Below, one piece after another: positions 22,610-35,932 of a stretch of DNA of 64,000 nt. This DNA is from Octopus bimaculoides (lineage: Eukaryota). A model generated the notes under the pieces. The model saw only the letters and a program-made list of their open reading frames with translations. It was not told the DNA's origin and did no database searches. The stretch's first letter is position 1. Each line of letters begins with the position of its first letter. Position numbers and translations under genes: made by a program. The DNA is taken from contig NC_068999.1 in NCBI RefSeq assembly GCF_001194135.2, forward strand, positions 27,930,806 through 27,994,805, in the 5' to 3' direction.

Positions 22610-25345
22610 ATTTGGTCAACACTAATTTTCAAATTACTGGAGTCCATATTACCCGAAGCTTTACCACATCACATGATGTGGAAAACAACTGGAGGTTTCT
22701 ACGGGACAACCTGCTGAGGGCCACTGACCAGATCTGTGGATGGTGCAAAGTCATTTCTCGACCCAAAATAACGTGGTGGTGGAACAATGTTGTTGACAGA
22801 TACTATTAGACAAAAGAAACAGGTTTGGAAGGACTGGAAGAATGGTGGTAGTAGGGAATTGTATCAGACTGCCAGAAGGGAAGCTAGGAGACAGGTTTAT
22901 TTAACCAGAGGGGAAGCAGATAAGAAAAAATTTGCCAATGTTCTGCGCCATGAGGACCAAATTCTTGAGGTATTTCATGTTGCAAGACAGTGTGTGAGAG
23001 AGAATCGTGATGTCGCAGGAGAGAAATGTGTTCGCATGGATGATGGTTCACTTGCATTAAATGAGGCTGCAAAGAGAGAGGTACGGAGACGCCACTATGA
23101 AAGATTGCTAAATAAAGAGAGTGAATGGGAGAAAGCGAGTCTGCTGAAAGCCGACCCAACAGAGGGACCAGCTATCCAAATTGACAGTACCTTGGTAGAC
23201 AAAGCAATTAAGGGTATGAACACAGGAAAAGCCCCTGGCCCATCAGGAATCACTGCAGAGATGCTCAAAATATCTGGCGGTGTCGGCTATAGCCTAGTCA
23301 CTCATATAGTTAACCAGGTGATACATGAAGGAGTCATGCCCAATGACTGGTGTAGCAGCACCATAGTGAACTGCTACAAAGGTAAAGGTGACGCTTTAGA
23401 CACAAATAATCACAGAGGTATCAAGTTGTTGGATCAAGTAATGAAAGTCATGGAGAGGGTCATAGCCCAACTAATTAGGGAGAGAGTTAGTTTAGATGAG
23501 ATGCAGTTTGGGTTTGTGCCAGGGAAAAGCACCACTGATGCAGGAGAAATACCTAGCCTAAGATAAACCTCTGTACCTGGCTTTCGTTAACATGGAGAAA
23601 GCCTTTGACAGGGTCCCCCACTCCCTTATCTGGTGGTCAATGAGGAAACTAGAGATAGATGAATGGTTAGTGAGAGCTGTGCAAGCCATGAACAGGGATG
23701 CTGTCAGTAAGGTGAGCGTTGGCAACGAGTACAGTGAAGAATTCCAAGTAGTGGTAGGGGTCCACTAAGGTTCAGTCCTCAGCCCCCTCTTATTCATCAT
23801 AGCCCTCCAGGCAATAACAGAGGAATTGCTGAGTCACTATCAGACCTAGAGGAAAAGTTTCAGGTGTGGAAGCAAGGATTAGAATCAAAGGTCTTTAGAG
23901 TCAACGTAGCTAAAACCAAAGTCTTAGTAAGTAGGAAGGCAGACAAATCACAAATCCCTTCAGGTAGATGGCCCTGTTCAATTTGTAGAAAAGGCGTAAG
24001 ATGTACCCAGTGTAAGCTATGGACACATAAGAGGTGCAGCAATATCAAAGGAAGGCTAACTGAGAAGATAGTTTTTGTATGTGGCAAATGCTCAGGTGCT
24101 ATAAACACTGAAAATGTGCAGAGGAACAGCTTCTGTCACATTCCAGTGGGAAAAACTACAAGTAGTTGATTGCTTCCGTTACTTAGAGGACCAAGTCAGT
24201 AGCAGTGGTGGATGCTCTGAAAGTGTAGCTGCTAGAATAAGAATAGCCTGGGCAATGTTCAGAGAGCTCTTACCTCTGCTAGTGACAAATGGCCTCTCGC
24301 TCAGAGTAAAAGGTAGGCCGTATGACGCATGTGTATGAACAGCCATGCTACATGGCAGTGAAACATGGGCCATGACTGCTGAGGACATGCGTAAGCTTGC
24401 AAGGAATGAAGCCAGTATACTCCATTGGATGTGTAATGTCAGTGTGCATACTAGACAGAGTGTAAGCACCCTGAGAGAAAAGTTGGATTTAAGAAACATC
24501 AAATGTGGTGTGCAAGAGAGACAACAGTGCTGGTATGGTCATGTGTTGCGAATGAATGAGGACAGCTGTGTGAAAAAGTGTCACACCCTAGCAGTTGAGG
24601 GAACCTGTGGAAGAGGTAGACCCAGGAAAACCTGGGATGAGGTGGTGAAGCACGACCTTCAAACATTGGGCATTACCGAAGCAATGACTAGTGACCAAGA
24701 CCTTTGGAGATATGCTGTGCTTGAGAAGACCCGACAAGCCAAGTGAGACCATGGCCCATGCCAGTGGGTGTAACCAGCTCACTTATGAATACCCCTCATT
24801 CATTGGACAATAAACTTTGCTTGCGAAGACCTATTGAGGCAAGTGAAATCAAAATAGCTGACATGGCCGATGACAGTACCGCCTGTTTGGCACTTGTGCC
24901 AGTGGTACGTTAAAAGCACATCTGAGCGTGATCATTGCCAGGCCCACAGATTGGCTTCCATGCCGGTAGCACATGAGAAGCACCATTTGAGCGTGATCAT
25001 TGCCAGCGTCACTGTACCAGCACGTGTCGGTGGCACGTGAAAAACAACATTCGAATGTGGTCATTGCCAGTGCTGCCGGACTGGCTCCCATGCATGTAAC
25101 ACATAAAAAACACCTCTTGATCATGGTCATTGCCAGAACTGTTTGACTGGACCTCATGCTCGTGGCATGTAAAAGCACCCACTACACTCTTAGAGTGGTT
25201 GGCATTAGGAAGGGCATGCAGGTATAGAAACTTTGTCACATCAGATCGAGCCTGGTGCAGCCTCTGGCTCACCAGTCCTCAGTCAAACCATCCAATGCAT
25301 GCCAGCATGGAAAGCGGACGTTACCGATGATGACAACGATGATGA
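22610..25345 (+). mobile_element. RTE LINE copy 4 (longest: pre-RT region, RT, 3' UTR, tail)
   Basis: ORF pieces GKAPGPSGITAEMLK, CYKGKGDAL, QFGFVPGKSTTDA, WYGHVLRM. (GAT/GAC)n tail at about 25325-25346. Confidence 0.93.
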
Positions 25346-25349
25346 TATA

Positions 25350-26570
25350 TTATTTTACTATAATGGGCATTATGTCCGTCTATCTGTCTGTTCCCTCTTC
25401 ACGGTCAAATGGCTGGGTCAATGGTCACAATGTTTTTTAGGATTACAAAGGAGGTAATCAGGAAGGTTTTTTAGTGAAAAAGTATGATTATTTAGTGAAT
25501 ATTAAGTTTTGTATTAATAAATCACCTTTGATTGTTTTGTTAAAATTCTGGCGATGAGGATTAACTCTGGATTTCACCCCCACTTATAGTTTTTGAATTT
25601 AGAGGGTTTATATTTGCGATACTATCCCTGCCATCATAGCTAGGCAGATTTGCTATATTACTATAATGGGCATTATGTATGTCTGTCTGTCCATCTTGTC
25701 TGTTCCATCTTCATGGCCAGACGGCTGGACCAATGGTTACGATTCCAAAAATGGCTGTCAGGAAGGTTTTTAGCATTAAAAAATCAGAAAGTATGATTAT
25801 TTTGTGGATATCAATTTTTGAATTGATAAACCACCTTTGCATTTTTACTAAAAATTCACCAACCACGAGTAATTCTGGATTTTCATTGTATAGTTCATGG
25901 TCCCATCTTAGATATGAAATGGGGTCATGAGGACAGTTAATAGCGAAAATAAAATGGAAAAGTGTGTGTCAGTATATAGTGTGCTATTTCTTTACTACCC
26001 ACAAGGGGCTACACACAGAGGGGACAAACAAGTACAGACAAACGGATTAAGTCGATTATATCGACCCCAGTGCGTAACTGGTACTTATTTAATCGACCCC
26101 AAAAGGATGAAAGGCAAAGTGGTTGAACTCAGAACGTAGCGGCAGACGAAATACAGCTAAGCATTTCGCCCGGCGTGCTAACGTTTCTGCCAGCTCGCCG
26201 CCTATATATATATAGCCATCAGTATATAGTGTGCATGATTATTTAGTGGTTATTGAAGTGTATCAGTCATAAGTAGGATTCAAAAGGGCTAATTGAAGCT
26301 GCCGTTGTTTACATCTCAGTTTTGTCAATCAAACTAACCCATGGTATCAGAACATCCAGACATTATTTGCACAGAACAGTGAGATGTAAGTCTTAGTTTG
26401 ATTTTTTGCAACCTTAAAAATTCCGCTTATGCATTCACAGCAAACAAGGCACAGGGCCAGACTTTAGATCATGTAGGTGTATTTTTACCCACTCCAGTGT
26501 TTGTACATGGCCAGTTATATGTCGCTATGTGTAGAGCAATGGACAACATAGAAAAAAATTAAGTACCTTA
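25350..26570 (+). mobile_element. Helitron/Helentron-like composite with PIF1 helicase C-terminal remnant
   Basis: TACTATAATGGGCATTATGT plus GTCY-type repeats occurs at 25356 and 25659 (DINE-like head). 26420-26550 encodes [38 protein letters not shown], matching the PIF1 motif TINKSQGQT...HGQLYVA. Confidence 0.75.
25990..26203 (-). mobile_element. CORE-like SINE, family C
   Basis: Same sequence family as 1807-2034. Confidence 0.85.
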
Positions 26571-26797
26571 ATTTTTTTCTATATAATTTCTGTACATCAC
26601 CTCCAAACCTTCCAATATATAATGTATATAATATTTATGTAATATATATTTATCTATACATATATAATATATATATATGCAATATATATTTATGTATATT
26701 TAATATATATTATATAGGTATCTATATATATATATAATATGTATATAATTTATATATAATATATGTCTGTATATTTATGTGTATATGATCTATATAC

Positions 26798-26853
<56 letters not shown>

Positions 26854-27319
26854 CACTTTTATAAGTAATATTCTAAAAGAATATATAACTGAACTTATGA
26901 GTTTTGCCGAGGTCTTGTATACATTTAGAAAAAAATATACCAATTTTTATACAAAAAAATGTTTAACACTTAAAATTTCAACAAATGACGAAAGGAATGA
27001 AGGATTAATTTTACAATTTATAGGAAGGACAGTATATATTTTATTATTNNNNNNNNNNNNNNNNNNNNNNNNNNNNNNNNNNNNNNNNNNNNNNNNNNNN
27101 NNNNNNNNNNNNNNNNNNNNNNNNNNNNNNNNNNNNNNNNNNNNNNNNTGGGCATAAACAACACACGCATATACAATAGCAAACGCACGCACATACACAT
27201 AAACACCTACAACCCCACACAAACACGAACACACACACACTCAAATAACCACCTGTTGACCTACCTACACTGTCTATAGCGTCCACTAACCAGTCCTGCT
27301 ACTAATTTCTTCCACTACG

Positions 27320-28010
27320 TCATATACACACACACACACACACAAACAGATAGTAATGTCAAACAAATGGATTACAGAGTATATCTACAAATTTTTCATT
27401 AAGAGATTTTATTGTGATGTAAGATCGCACAGGCAAGTATGTAAGATGTGCAATATCTATAAGGATATGCAATATGTTACATTTAAACTCTCAAATTTTC
27501 AGGTTATATNNNNNNNNNNTCCCTTTTTCACTCTCCTATCTTAGAAAGAACTTTTCCCCCACCACCTCCTCTTCCGGTCTTTTCATAATGTAACCTCGTG
27601 GGCATCGGTACCATTTTCCTCTTTCTCCGTTCTTCCATTCTCCGAACTTTCCATCTTTCCGACGAAGGGCTACGCCCGAAACGTCATACACTCTCTCTTT
27701 CCTTTCCTGAGCGTCCAATAATACTATCCATATCACGTCCTCACTTTGTTGTTTTTTTGTTATTGTTTTTTTGAACTATATATATATATATATATACATA
27801 CACACAAATCTGTACATCACTTCAAACAATACACACACACACACAAACAGATAGTAATGTCAAACAAATGGATTACAGAGTATATCTACAAATTTTTCAT
27901 TAAGAGATTTTATTGTGATGTAAGATCGCACAGGCAAGTATGTAAGATGTGCAATATCTATAAGGATATGCAATATGTTACATTTAAACTCTCAAATTTT
28001 CAGGTTATAT
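27320..28010. repeat. Apparently identical ~190-bp duplication (about 27320-27509 = 27820-28010) at a 10-N gap
   Basis: Both copies give the same ORF-track peptide (MSNKWITEYIYKFF...SNFQVI). Probably a contig overlap. Confidence 0.85.
27659..27685 (+). ncRNA. Candidate Penelope-type minimal hammerhead ribozyme (degenerate)
   Basis: CCGACGA-A-GGGC-TAC-GCCC-GAAACGTC is a hammerhead-like core with stem II and a palindromic ACGT stem III. It has C in place of U4, and stem I is not evident. Confidence 0.4.
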
Positions 28011-28466
28011 CATATTGTAGACAGGTGAATATTGATATAATACTACATTGAAAAACATAATAGTATATGAAAACCAAGTAAGGAATATCACTAGTGCAAA
28101 AATGGAAGAGGGTCAATTAAAATCATAGATAGTTCATTTAGGCTGCTCAAGAAATTGACAGCGGGAGTGGCAAGTTATGTATAAGTAGTAAGGGGACTTA
28201 ACATAATTGTTTAGAACAAAAAAGTTGACTGGTATCTCAATGCCATTCAACCCTTTTTTCTTTGTTTATTCTTTGTTCTAATCAATTATGTTAGGTCCCT
28301 TTACTACTTAAACATAAATTGGCATGCCCACTTCCTGCTGTTAATTTCTTGGGGAGCCTAATTGAACTAGCAGTATTCTTTATTTGATTTTCATATGTTA
28401 CTATGTTATTTAATGTAGTGGCATATCAATGTCTACATTATGGTATAACTGGAGGATTTGAGAATT

Positions 28467-28680
28467 TAACCCTTTAGCATTTAAACCAGCTATATCTGGC
28501 CCCAAAATTCTGTTTTATGTTCAAACTGGCTTCTCACATCTGCTCTGCAATGTCATTCAAAAACTAAACAATCATACCATTGAAATGTCTATACTGTGAG
28601 ATAATCCATGATTAATTCAAAACAAGGTAAATAGATAAACATTAAATTTGACAGAGTAATCTAAATGCTAAAATATTAAA
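28467..28680. mobile_element. piggyBac-type MITE
   Basis: TTAA|CCCTTTAGCATTTA at the left end and a degenerate inverted TAAATGCTAAAATATTAA at the right end. Confidence 0.6.
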
Positions 28681-29049
28681 TAATCTTATGGATATTGCAT
28701 ATCTTACATGCTTCCCTGTACATTAAAATCTCTTAATGAAACATTTGTTGATATACCATATAATCCAATTGTTTGTCTTCATTGTTATATTATGCCATGC
28801 TTAAAGTTCCATTGGATTTTGGATACTCTTGGATTTGCAGAATATCAAATACCAGTGAACTTAACCTCCATTGACGAGCCCTCTTTGCTAACTAAATGAA
28901 TTGTTTACATGCTGATTTGTGTCATACTGTCTAGCAATCAAATGTGTATTTCACTTTGATCTGCTTTGGTCTATTAAATGGATCCTCATTAATAATTATG
29001 TGTGTGTCTGTATACAGACACACACATACATTTAAATAAACATGCACAC

Positions 29050-29620
29050 GCACATATATATCTACTACATATGTTTTGGCATTGTTAGCTAACTCCTACA
29101 TCATTTTATTGATTTCGATGAAACTTGACACGTGAGAACTCATGTCTGGAAACCTTGTGACATACTTAGATTGTTGAAAAAATTAATAATACGGCCCATA
29201 GAAAGGACCTTTATATCTACCTCATACAATTAATTTTTTTTAAATACCCAAGGGAAATAACCCATAACACCTGTACAATATTTTTTTTAAACATTCAAGG
29301 GAAATAACCCATTTCATTGTTTATGTTCGATTACTTTGAATATTGATTTTTTGTGTGTCCCATTTCTAATTTTTGCAGACTATCACTTTTATACTTTATT
29401 TGACACATGAGTAGAACTCATGTCGGGAAACCTCGTGACATACCTAGATTGTTGAAAAAATTTGATAAGGCCCTTCCAATGGATCCTTTTATCTACTACG
29501 TATTACTAATATTTTATTTAAACAACCCAAGGGAAATAACTCATACCACCTGCAGATTTTAGCGAAGCAATCAATATTTGATTCTCACAATCAGCCGACC
29601 TAATTCTGCATTTCACTACT
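29050..29620. mobile_element. Non-autonomous element with an internal direct duplication (possibly Helentron-derived)
   Basis: Two diverged ~150-bp copies (AGAACTCATGTC.GGAAACCT.GTGACATAC.TAGATTGTTGAAAAAATT...CCAAGGGAAATAAC) at about 29127 and 29405. Confidence 0.5.
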
Positions 29621-29689
29621 CACAGTTTTGAACTGCTAAACATTATTATTGCACTTCTTTAATTTGAATCTTAAACTTTAAAGACTTTA

Positions 29690-30060
29690 TTCATACATAC
29701 TTTCATGAATGCCCATTACTCCAATGATTCTGCATTTTTAGTTACACTTTTTCCATGACAGCAGATAGATTTTTTATTCCACAACATATTTGTAGTGGCT
29801 TCATGCAGGCATAGCATGGAATCGATCCTCGATTGCCAAATTTCACTTAACACTTCAACAGCGCTTTTCTCATGGTAAAACAATAGTTTTTCTGTGAATG
29901 ACAGCAGTTATACATTTCCCAGAAGCCTTCACTAAGCAGAATAATGTCTTTGCCTCTCACCAACCTCCGACAATCTTTCTCGCTAACCTCCAACAACCTC
30001 TCTCACCAACCTCCGACAATCTCTCCCTCCTCCACCTGACAGTTTTTTGTACTTTTTTGT
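29690..30060 (-). mobile_element. Possible Helitron RepHel N-terminal remnant
   Basis: About 21-bp repeats give R/E-rich RLSEVGER-like peptides, with a degenerate SICCHGK (CCxxGK-like) motif downstream. Heavily decayed. Confidence 0.35.
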
Positions 30061-30951
30061 GATGGAAAATACACCTTTTGTGACAGTTATAANNNNNNNN
30101 NNNNNNNNNNNNNNNNNNNNNNNNNNNNNNNNNNNNNNNNNNNNNNNNNNNNNNNNNNNNNNNNNNNNNNNNNNNNNNNNNNNNNNNNNNNNNNNNNNNN
30201 NNNNNNNNNNNNNNNNNNNNNNNNNNNNNNNNNNNNNNNNNNNNNNNNNNNNNNNNNNNNNNNNNNNNNNNNNNNNNNNNNNNNNNNNNNNNNNNNNNNN
30301 NNNNNNNNNNNNNNNNNNNNNNNNNNNNNNNNNNNNNNNNNNNNNNNNNNNNNNNNNNNNNNNNNNNNNNNNNNNNNNNNNNNNNNNNNNNNNNNNNNNN
30401 NNNNNNNNNNNNNNNNNNNNNNNNNNNNNNNNNNNNNNNNNNNNNNNNNNNNNNNNNNNNNNNNNNNNNNNNNNNNNNNNNNNNNNNNNNNNNNNNNNNN
30501 NNNNNNNNNNNNNNNNNNNNNNNNNNNNNNNNNNNNNNNNNNNNNNNNNNNNNNNNNNNNNNNNNNNNNNNNNNNNNNNNNNNNNNNNNNNNNNNNNNNN
30601 NNNNNNNNNNNNNNNNNNNNNNNNNNNNNNNNNNNNNNNNNNNNNNNNNNNNNNNNNNNNNNNNNNNNNNNNNNNNNNNNNNNNNNNNNNNNNNNNNNNN
30701 NNNNNNNNNNNNNNNNNNNNNNNNNNNNNNNNNNNNNNNNNNNNNNNNNNNNNNNNNNNNNNNNNNNNNNNNNNNNNNNNNNNNNNNNNNNNNNNNNNNN
30801 NNNNNNNNNNNNNNNNNNNNNNNNNNNNNNNNNNNNNNNNNNNNNNNNNNNNNNNNNNNNNNNNNNNNNNNNNNNNNNNNNNNNNNNNNNNNNNNNNNNN
30901 NNNNNNNNNNNNNNNNNNNNNNNNNNNNNNNNNNNNNNNNNNNNNNNNNNN

Positions 30952-31629
30952 GCTATAGGGATAAGATTTTTAAACCCCAAGTAAGATAAATTTAATCATT
31001 GTTTGTTAAGAGTGGGTTTGAATTTCTTAATAAAGTCCTTTTCTTTGCGTTTTCTCTCAATTTCATTCAGGTTGTAAAGTTTATGGAATGGAAATATAAT
31101 GAAAGTTTCACGACCACATGTTGCCAGATGGTTACTCAGTGGTATTTGACGGACTTCTGGTTTTTTAATGTGTTGTCGATGCACACGTGAGCGTTCCGAT
31201 AGTGCATTACTGATCCTTGCACAAAGTAAGGAATTGAGAAATATGATTACAGATCAAAGTATAACTCTCAGTAAGAGACAACCTAAAAACTTGAAAAAGC
31301 TATTAACAAAGGCAAGGTTTGAACTCAGCAACAAAAATCAAACATTCACTGTATCCAAATGCAATGATAGCCGATGCGGTACATGCCAATCAATCCATAC
31401 CGGCCCATATATGAACACAAAAACAGGGAAAATATTCACCAATGCGAACATGAACTGCAAAAGTAGAAATCTAATCTACTGCATCAAATGCCCCAATTGT
31501 GAAGAACTGTACATTGGCCAGACAGGTAATGCACTATCGGAACGCTCACGTGTGCATCGACAACAGATTAAAAACCCAGAAGTCTGCCAAATACCACTGA
31601 GTAACCATCTGGCAACATGTGGTCTTGAA
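30952..31629 (+). mobile_element. Penelope-like element GIY-YIG endonuclease region with an inverted terminal copy
   Basis: CNDSRCGTC..NMNCKSRNLIYCIKCPNCEELYIGQTG..LSERSRVH. 31107-31210 is the reverse complement of 31526-31629. Confidence 0.9.
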
Positions 31630-32444
31630 NNNNNNNNNNNNNNNNNNNNNNNNNNNNNNNNNNNNNNNNNNNNNNNNNNNNNNNNNNNNNNNNNNNNNNN
31701 NNNNNNNNNNNNNNNNNNNNNNNNNNNNNNNNNNNNNNNNNNNNNNNNNNNNNNNNNNNNNNNNNNNNNNNNNNNNNNNNNNNNNNNNNNNNNNNNNNNN
31801 NNNNNNNNNNNNNNNNNNNNNNNNNNNNNNNNNNNNNNNNNNNNNNNNNNNNNNNNNNNNNNNNNNNNNNNNNNNNNNNNNNNNNNNNNNNNNNNNNNNN
31901 NNNNNNNNNNNNNNNNNNNNNNNNNNNNNNNNNNNNNNNNNNNNNNNNNNNNNNNNNNNNNNNNNNNNNNNNNNNNNNNNNNNNNNNNNNNNNNNNNNNN
32001 NNNNNNNNNNNNNNNNNNNNNNNNNNNNNNNNNNNNNNNNNNNNNNNNNNNNNNNNNNNNNNNNNNNNNNNNNNNNNNNNNNNNNNNNNNNNNNNNNNNN
32101 NNNNNNNNNNNNNNNNNNNNNNNNNNNNNNNNNNNNNNNNNNNNNNNNNNNNNNNNNNNNNNNNNNNNNNNNNNNNNNNNNNNNNNNNNNNNNNNNNNNN
32201 NNNNNNNNNNNNNNNNNNNNNNNNNNNNNNNNNNNNNNNNNNNNNNNNNNNNNNNNNNNNNNNNNNNNNNNNNNNNNNNNNNNNNNNNNNNNNNNNNNNN
32301 NNNNNNNNNNNNNNNNNNNNNNNNNNNNNNNNNNNNNNNNNNNNNNNNNNNNNNNNNNNNNNNNNNNNNNNNNNNNNNNNNNNNNNNNNNNNNNNNNNNN
32401 NNNNNNNNNNNNNNNNNNNNNNNNNNNNNNNNNNNNNNNNNNNN

Positions 32445-32498
<54 letters not shown>

Positions 32499-33085
32499 TA
32501 TATACATCCCCTTAACTACTTTGTTATGTACACCATCACCACCAACTTGTCCCTATCTACCCTCATGCATTTACTACTCTGTCTCTCTTTCATATTGTCA
32601 TATACTATCTGAAGGCCTTCTACTCATATCCACCCAACTTTATTTTCAACAATGGAATAGCAACTTCTGTCATCTTTTACTACAGATTTTCTGTGATGCT
32701 TCAACAATGGATCTGCTAACTAAAACTATCTTTTACTATGAATTTCCTTAATTCTTTGATCACAGATCTACCTACCAATATCATCTTTTACTTTGGATAC
32801 TTCCCTCAACAAACTGGTAACTAATAAAATCCTGGATTAAGGATATTCCTTATTTCTCTCTCTCTCCAATGATAGAATACTTGCATTGATACCATATGTT
32901 TTGCTTGTTTATTCACTGTTTTTAATATATATCTATCTGCTCAAGAATAAGCCACTTCTAACCATCTTTGATAGATAGCTTCAACACTACCTTTTCTTGG
33001 TTGCACTTCATGCACTTTGATAAACCAAACTGAGCACTTACAGTACATACCCCTTACTCTATGTCATCAGATGTAAACTCTTTAT

Positions 33086-33132
<47 letters not shown>

Positions 33133-33599
33133 ATGTTTACATACACACGTCTGTGTGTGTGTGGTATGAAATTCACCAAAAAGTATAAAACTCAGTCAGT
33201 TAAGAAAATAAAGATATTATTATAACAAAAACCACAAAAACAAAAAATCCTGTGAAATACAGCTACCTAGTGTTTCCTAGCTGAAATATTAAATTTATTT
33301 CACCATTTATCAACCTGGTAAAAATCAGTAAGACAGTTTAATAACTGCATGCAATGTAAATTGGAGTTTGAATGAGCACATGTATTTAGAAAATGACAGC
33401 AATCAATGAGAGATAATTAATGGCACTGGAAATATAGACAGTGCTTTATGAGTGCTGAAAGTTTTATAAACCAATACTGGAATGGGTTATGGTCTGCCCA
33501 GTGGTTTATCCTTAACACCTAAGGTGTATTTTGTCAAAGTGCAAACATGATGGAAAAATATTGCTTTTGGTATTTCTACAGTTCCTGGAATTCTTAGAG

Positions 33600-34350
33600 T
33601 TGTTTTAAAAGATATGATTTTTGAAGTGTGTATGCGGAACATCTTTTTGACCTGTTAATATAAGATCTGGTCATAGAAAGTATCTTCCATTTGATGTTGT
33701 AGTTGATGTTTGTATTCTTAAGTCTCCGGGGTTCCCAAAGGTAGAAAGATGGTTGTTGTATCTGGATTGAAAATTTTCCTTCATAGATTCTATTATAATG
33801 TTTGGTTTCTGTCTAGCTGGTGTCATAGTTTGCCAGTGCCTGTGTTTCATAAACAAGGAGGATATATCATATGCACATTTAGATTTATATCTGCATAAGC
33901 ATCCAGAACTGCTCCAAGTCATTTGTTACTCATTGATGTAAGTTTTTACATTATGGGGACAGGAATGTGTAATTTTGTGTGCCTATTAAATATCTTGCTA
34001 AACCTATGGTTGCTGGGAAAGTGATTATTCAATAAGAATAAGACTTATCTACCTATATTTGCCCTAACATTTAGGAAGAAGAGTAGGGTGAACCATAAAA
34101 TATGGTGGAAACTCTTCTTATGACTAGATAATTGAGGAGGTGGAGAGTTATAAGAGATATCAATAAACCGCTATCCTGTAAAGCCTTTTATGATATGGGG
34201 ATGCCTTTTCAAATATTTCTCTAGATGAAGAAAAACATGATTCTATGGCTTATGTTCGGAATTGAGCTCTTAAATATAATAGGTGGGTGGAAAGCGTGTT
34301 TATTAATATATATTACATTTTTGTTGGGTTTATGGAAAGATTTATAGGAA
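33600..34350 (-). mobile_element. Penelope-like element 3' remnant (GIY-YIG region)
   Basis: Minus-strand ENFQSRYNNHLSTF and a degenerate ILWFT (cf. IIWFNPP). Confidence 0.6.
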
Positions 34351-34566
34351 TTAGTCTTGAGGTGATCGTTCAAACTACAATTACTTTGAATGCAGTTACT
34401 AAACTATCTTGTTGATTTTACCAGCTTGACAAATGACAGAATAAATTTGATACTTAATATTTTGTTCAGGAAACCCTGGATATCTATATTTCACAAGTTT
34501 CTTTCTTTGTTTTTTATTATAATACTACACACACTCAAATACATGTACATTCATTCATCCATATCA

Positions 34567-34599
<33 letters not shown>

Positions 34600-35932
34600 A
34601 ATACACACACACATGTATACTTTATTTTTATTTTTAAAAGTTTCAAATGTTCGTATGAATTAAAGAGTTGTAGTGAGGACTTGCTGACTTTGAACATAAT
34701 GTCACTAGTTTTGTTAGCTCCAAGATAAATGTCCAAATAAATACTTGTCATCCTATTTCAAAATAGAAACAGCTAACTTTGTTTTAATCTCTCAGACAAT
34801 ATATTTGGCAATAATGTACATTAAAATAAGATATTATATATATGCTACTAGATATGAGATAAATGACCACTAAAGTTAGCATTTTTAATTGTTTGGAAAC
34901 CTTCTTTGATTGAGTGATGCATAAATTAAAGATATTGTTATAGCAGTAATATCACTTCATGTCTATACACATATACAAATAATAAAGTTTGAAAAACATT
35001 AAATATAAACATATCATTTAAAAAAGTGAATTGTAAAATTCAATGATATTTTTGTTCTGTCTGAATAAATATATGTGAATAATTGGTGTGGAATGTATCA
35101 GCTATAATAAAGCTGAATACCAGTGAAACTAGAACATGCCTTTAGTGTTTTCCTTTTAAATCAGAACTTCAGTACAGATTCCTCAATCAACTGCATACAA
35201 AAGGATGTCCTGAAATGAAAACATGGCACATGCAGTACACACTTGACATTTAGTAAAAACTTTGGAATCAAGTTTAAAGTTGCTTGCATACATATCAAAG
35301 CTAGAAAAGGTTCCACTCAAGATAATACATTGTTATACAGAAAGGAAACCTTTTCAACTGAGAAATGTGGGGAATGTGCAGTTTATATTTTACAGAATTG
35401 TGGTTACAACCACCAAGACATCATAATTTACATATAAATACATATAAATACATACTCACTCTCTCTCTCTCTCTCACACACACACATGTATGACTTATTG
35501 CTACAAGCCATACATATTTCACATACTGTATGCATACAAGCAGATTCTTTTTCTCCAATGTCTCAAGCAATGGTCACTGGATAAATGTGCAGTATAGTTT
35601 TTCCATATAACAGTGGAATAAACAGAAGTCCTACAGTCAATACTGGGATTCCTTTGCAATGCTCCAGATATGCAGCTATGATAATATCTGAATAGATTAT
35701 GTTTAGGGCATGTTTCCAAATTAGTAGGAATTAATCTGCAGAATTTATAATGCAGGAATACTAAAGATAATAAAGAATGTTGAGATGTCTTTCTTGTAGA
35801 TGTCATCATCATTATTACTGTAATTACTAATAGAAGAAAAATTAGCAATTTTAATTTATATTTCTAGTAATATGCAAAGCTAATTTTTCTCTTAGCATCT
35901 TTCTTTCCTAATTCACATGTGAACATAACAGC

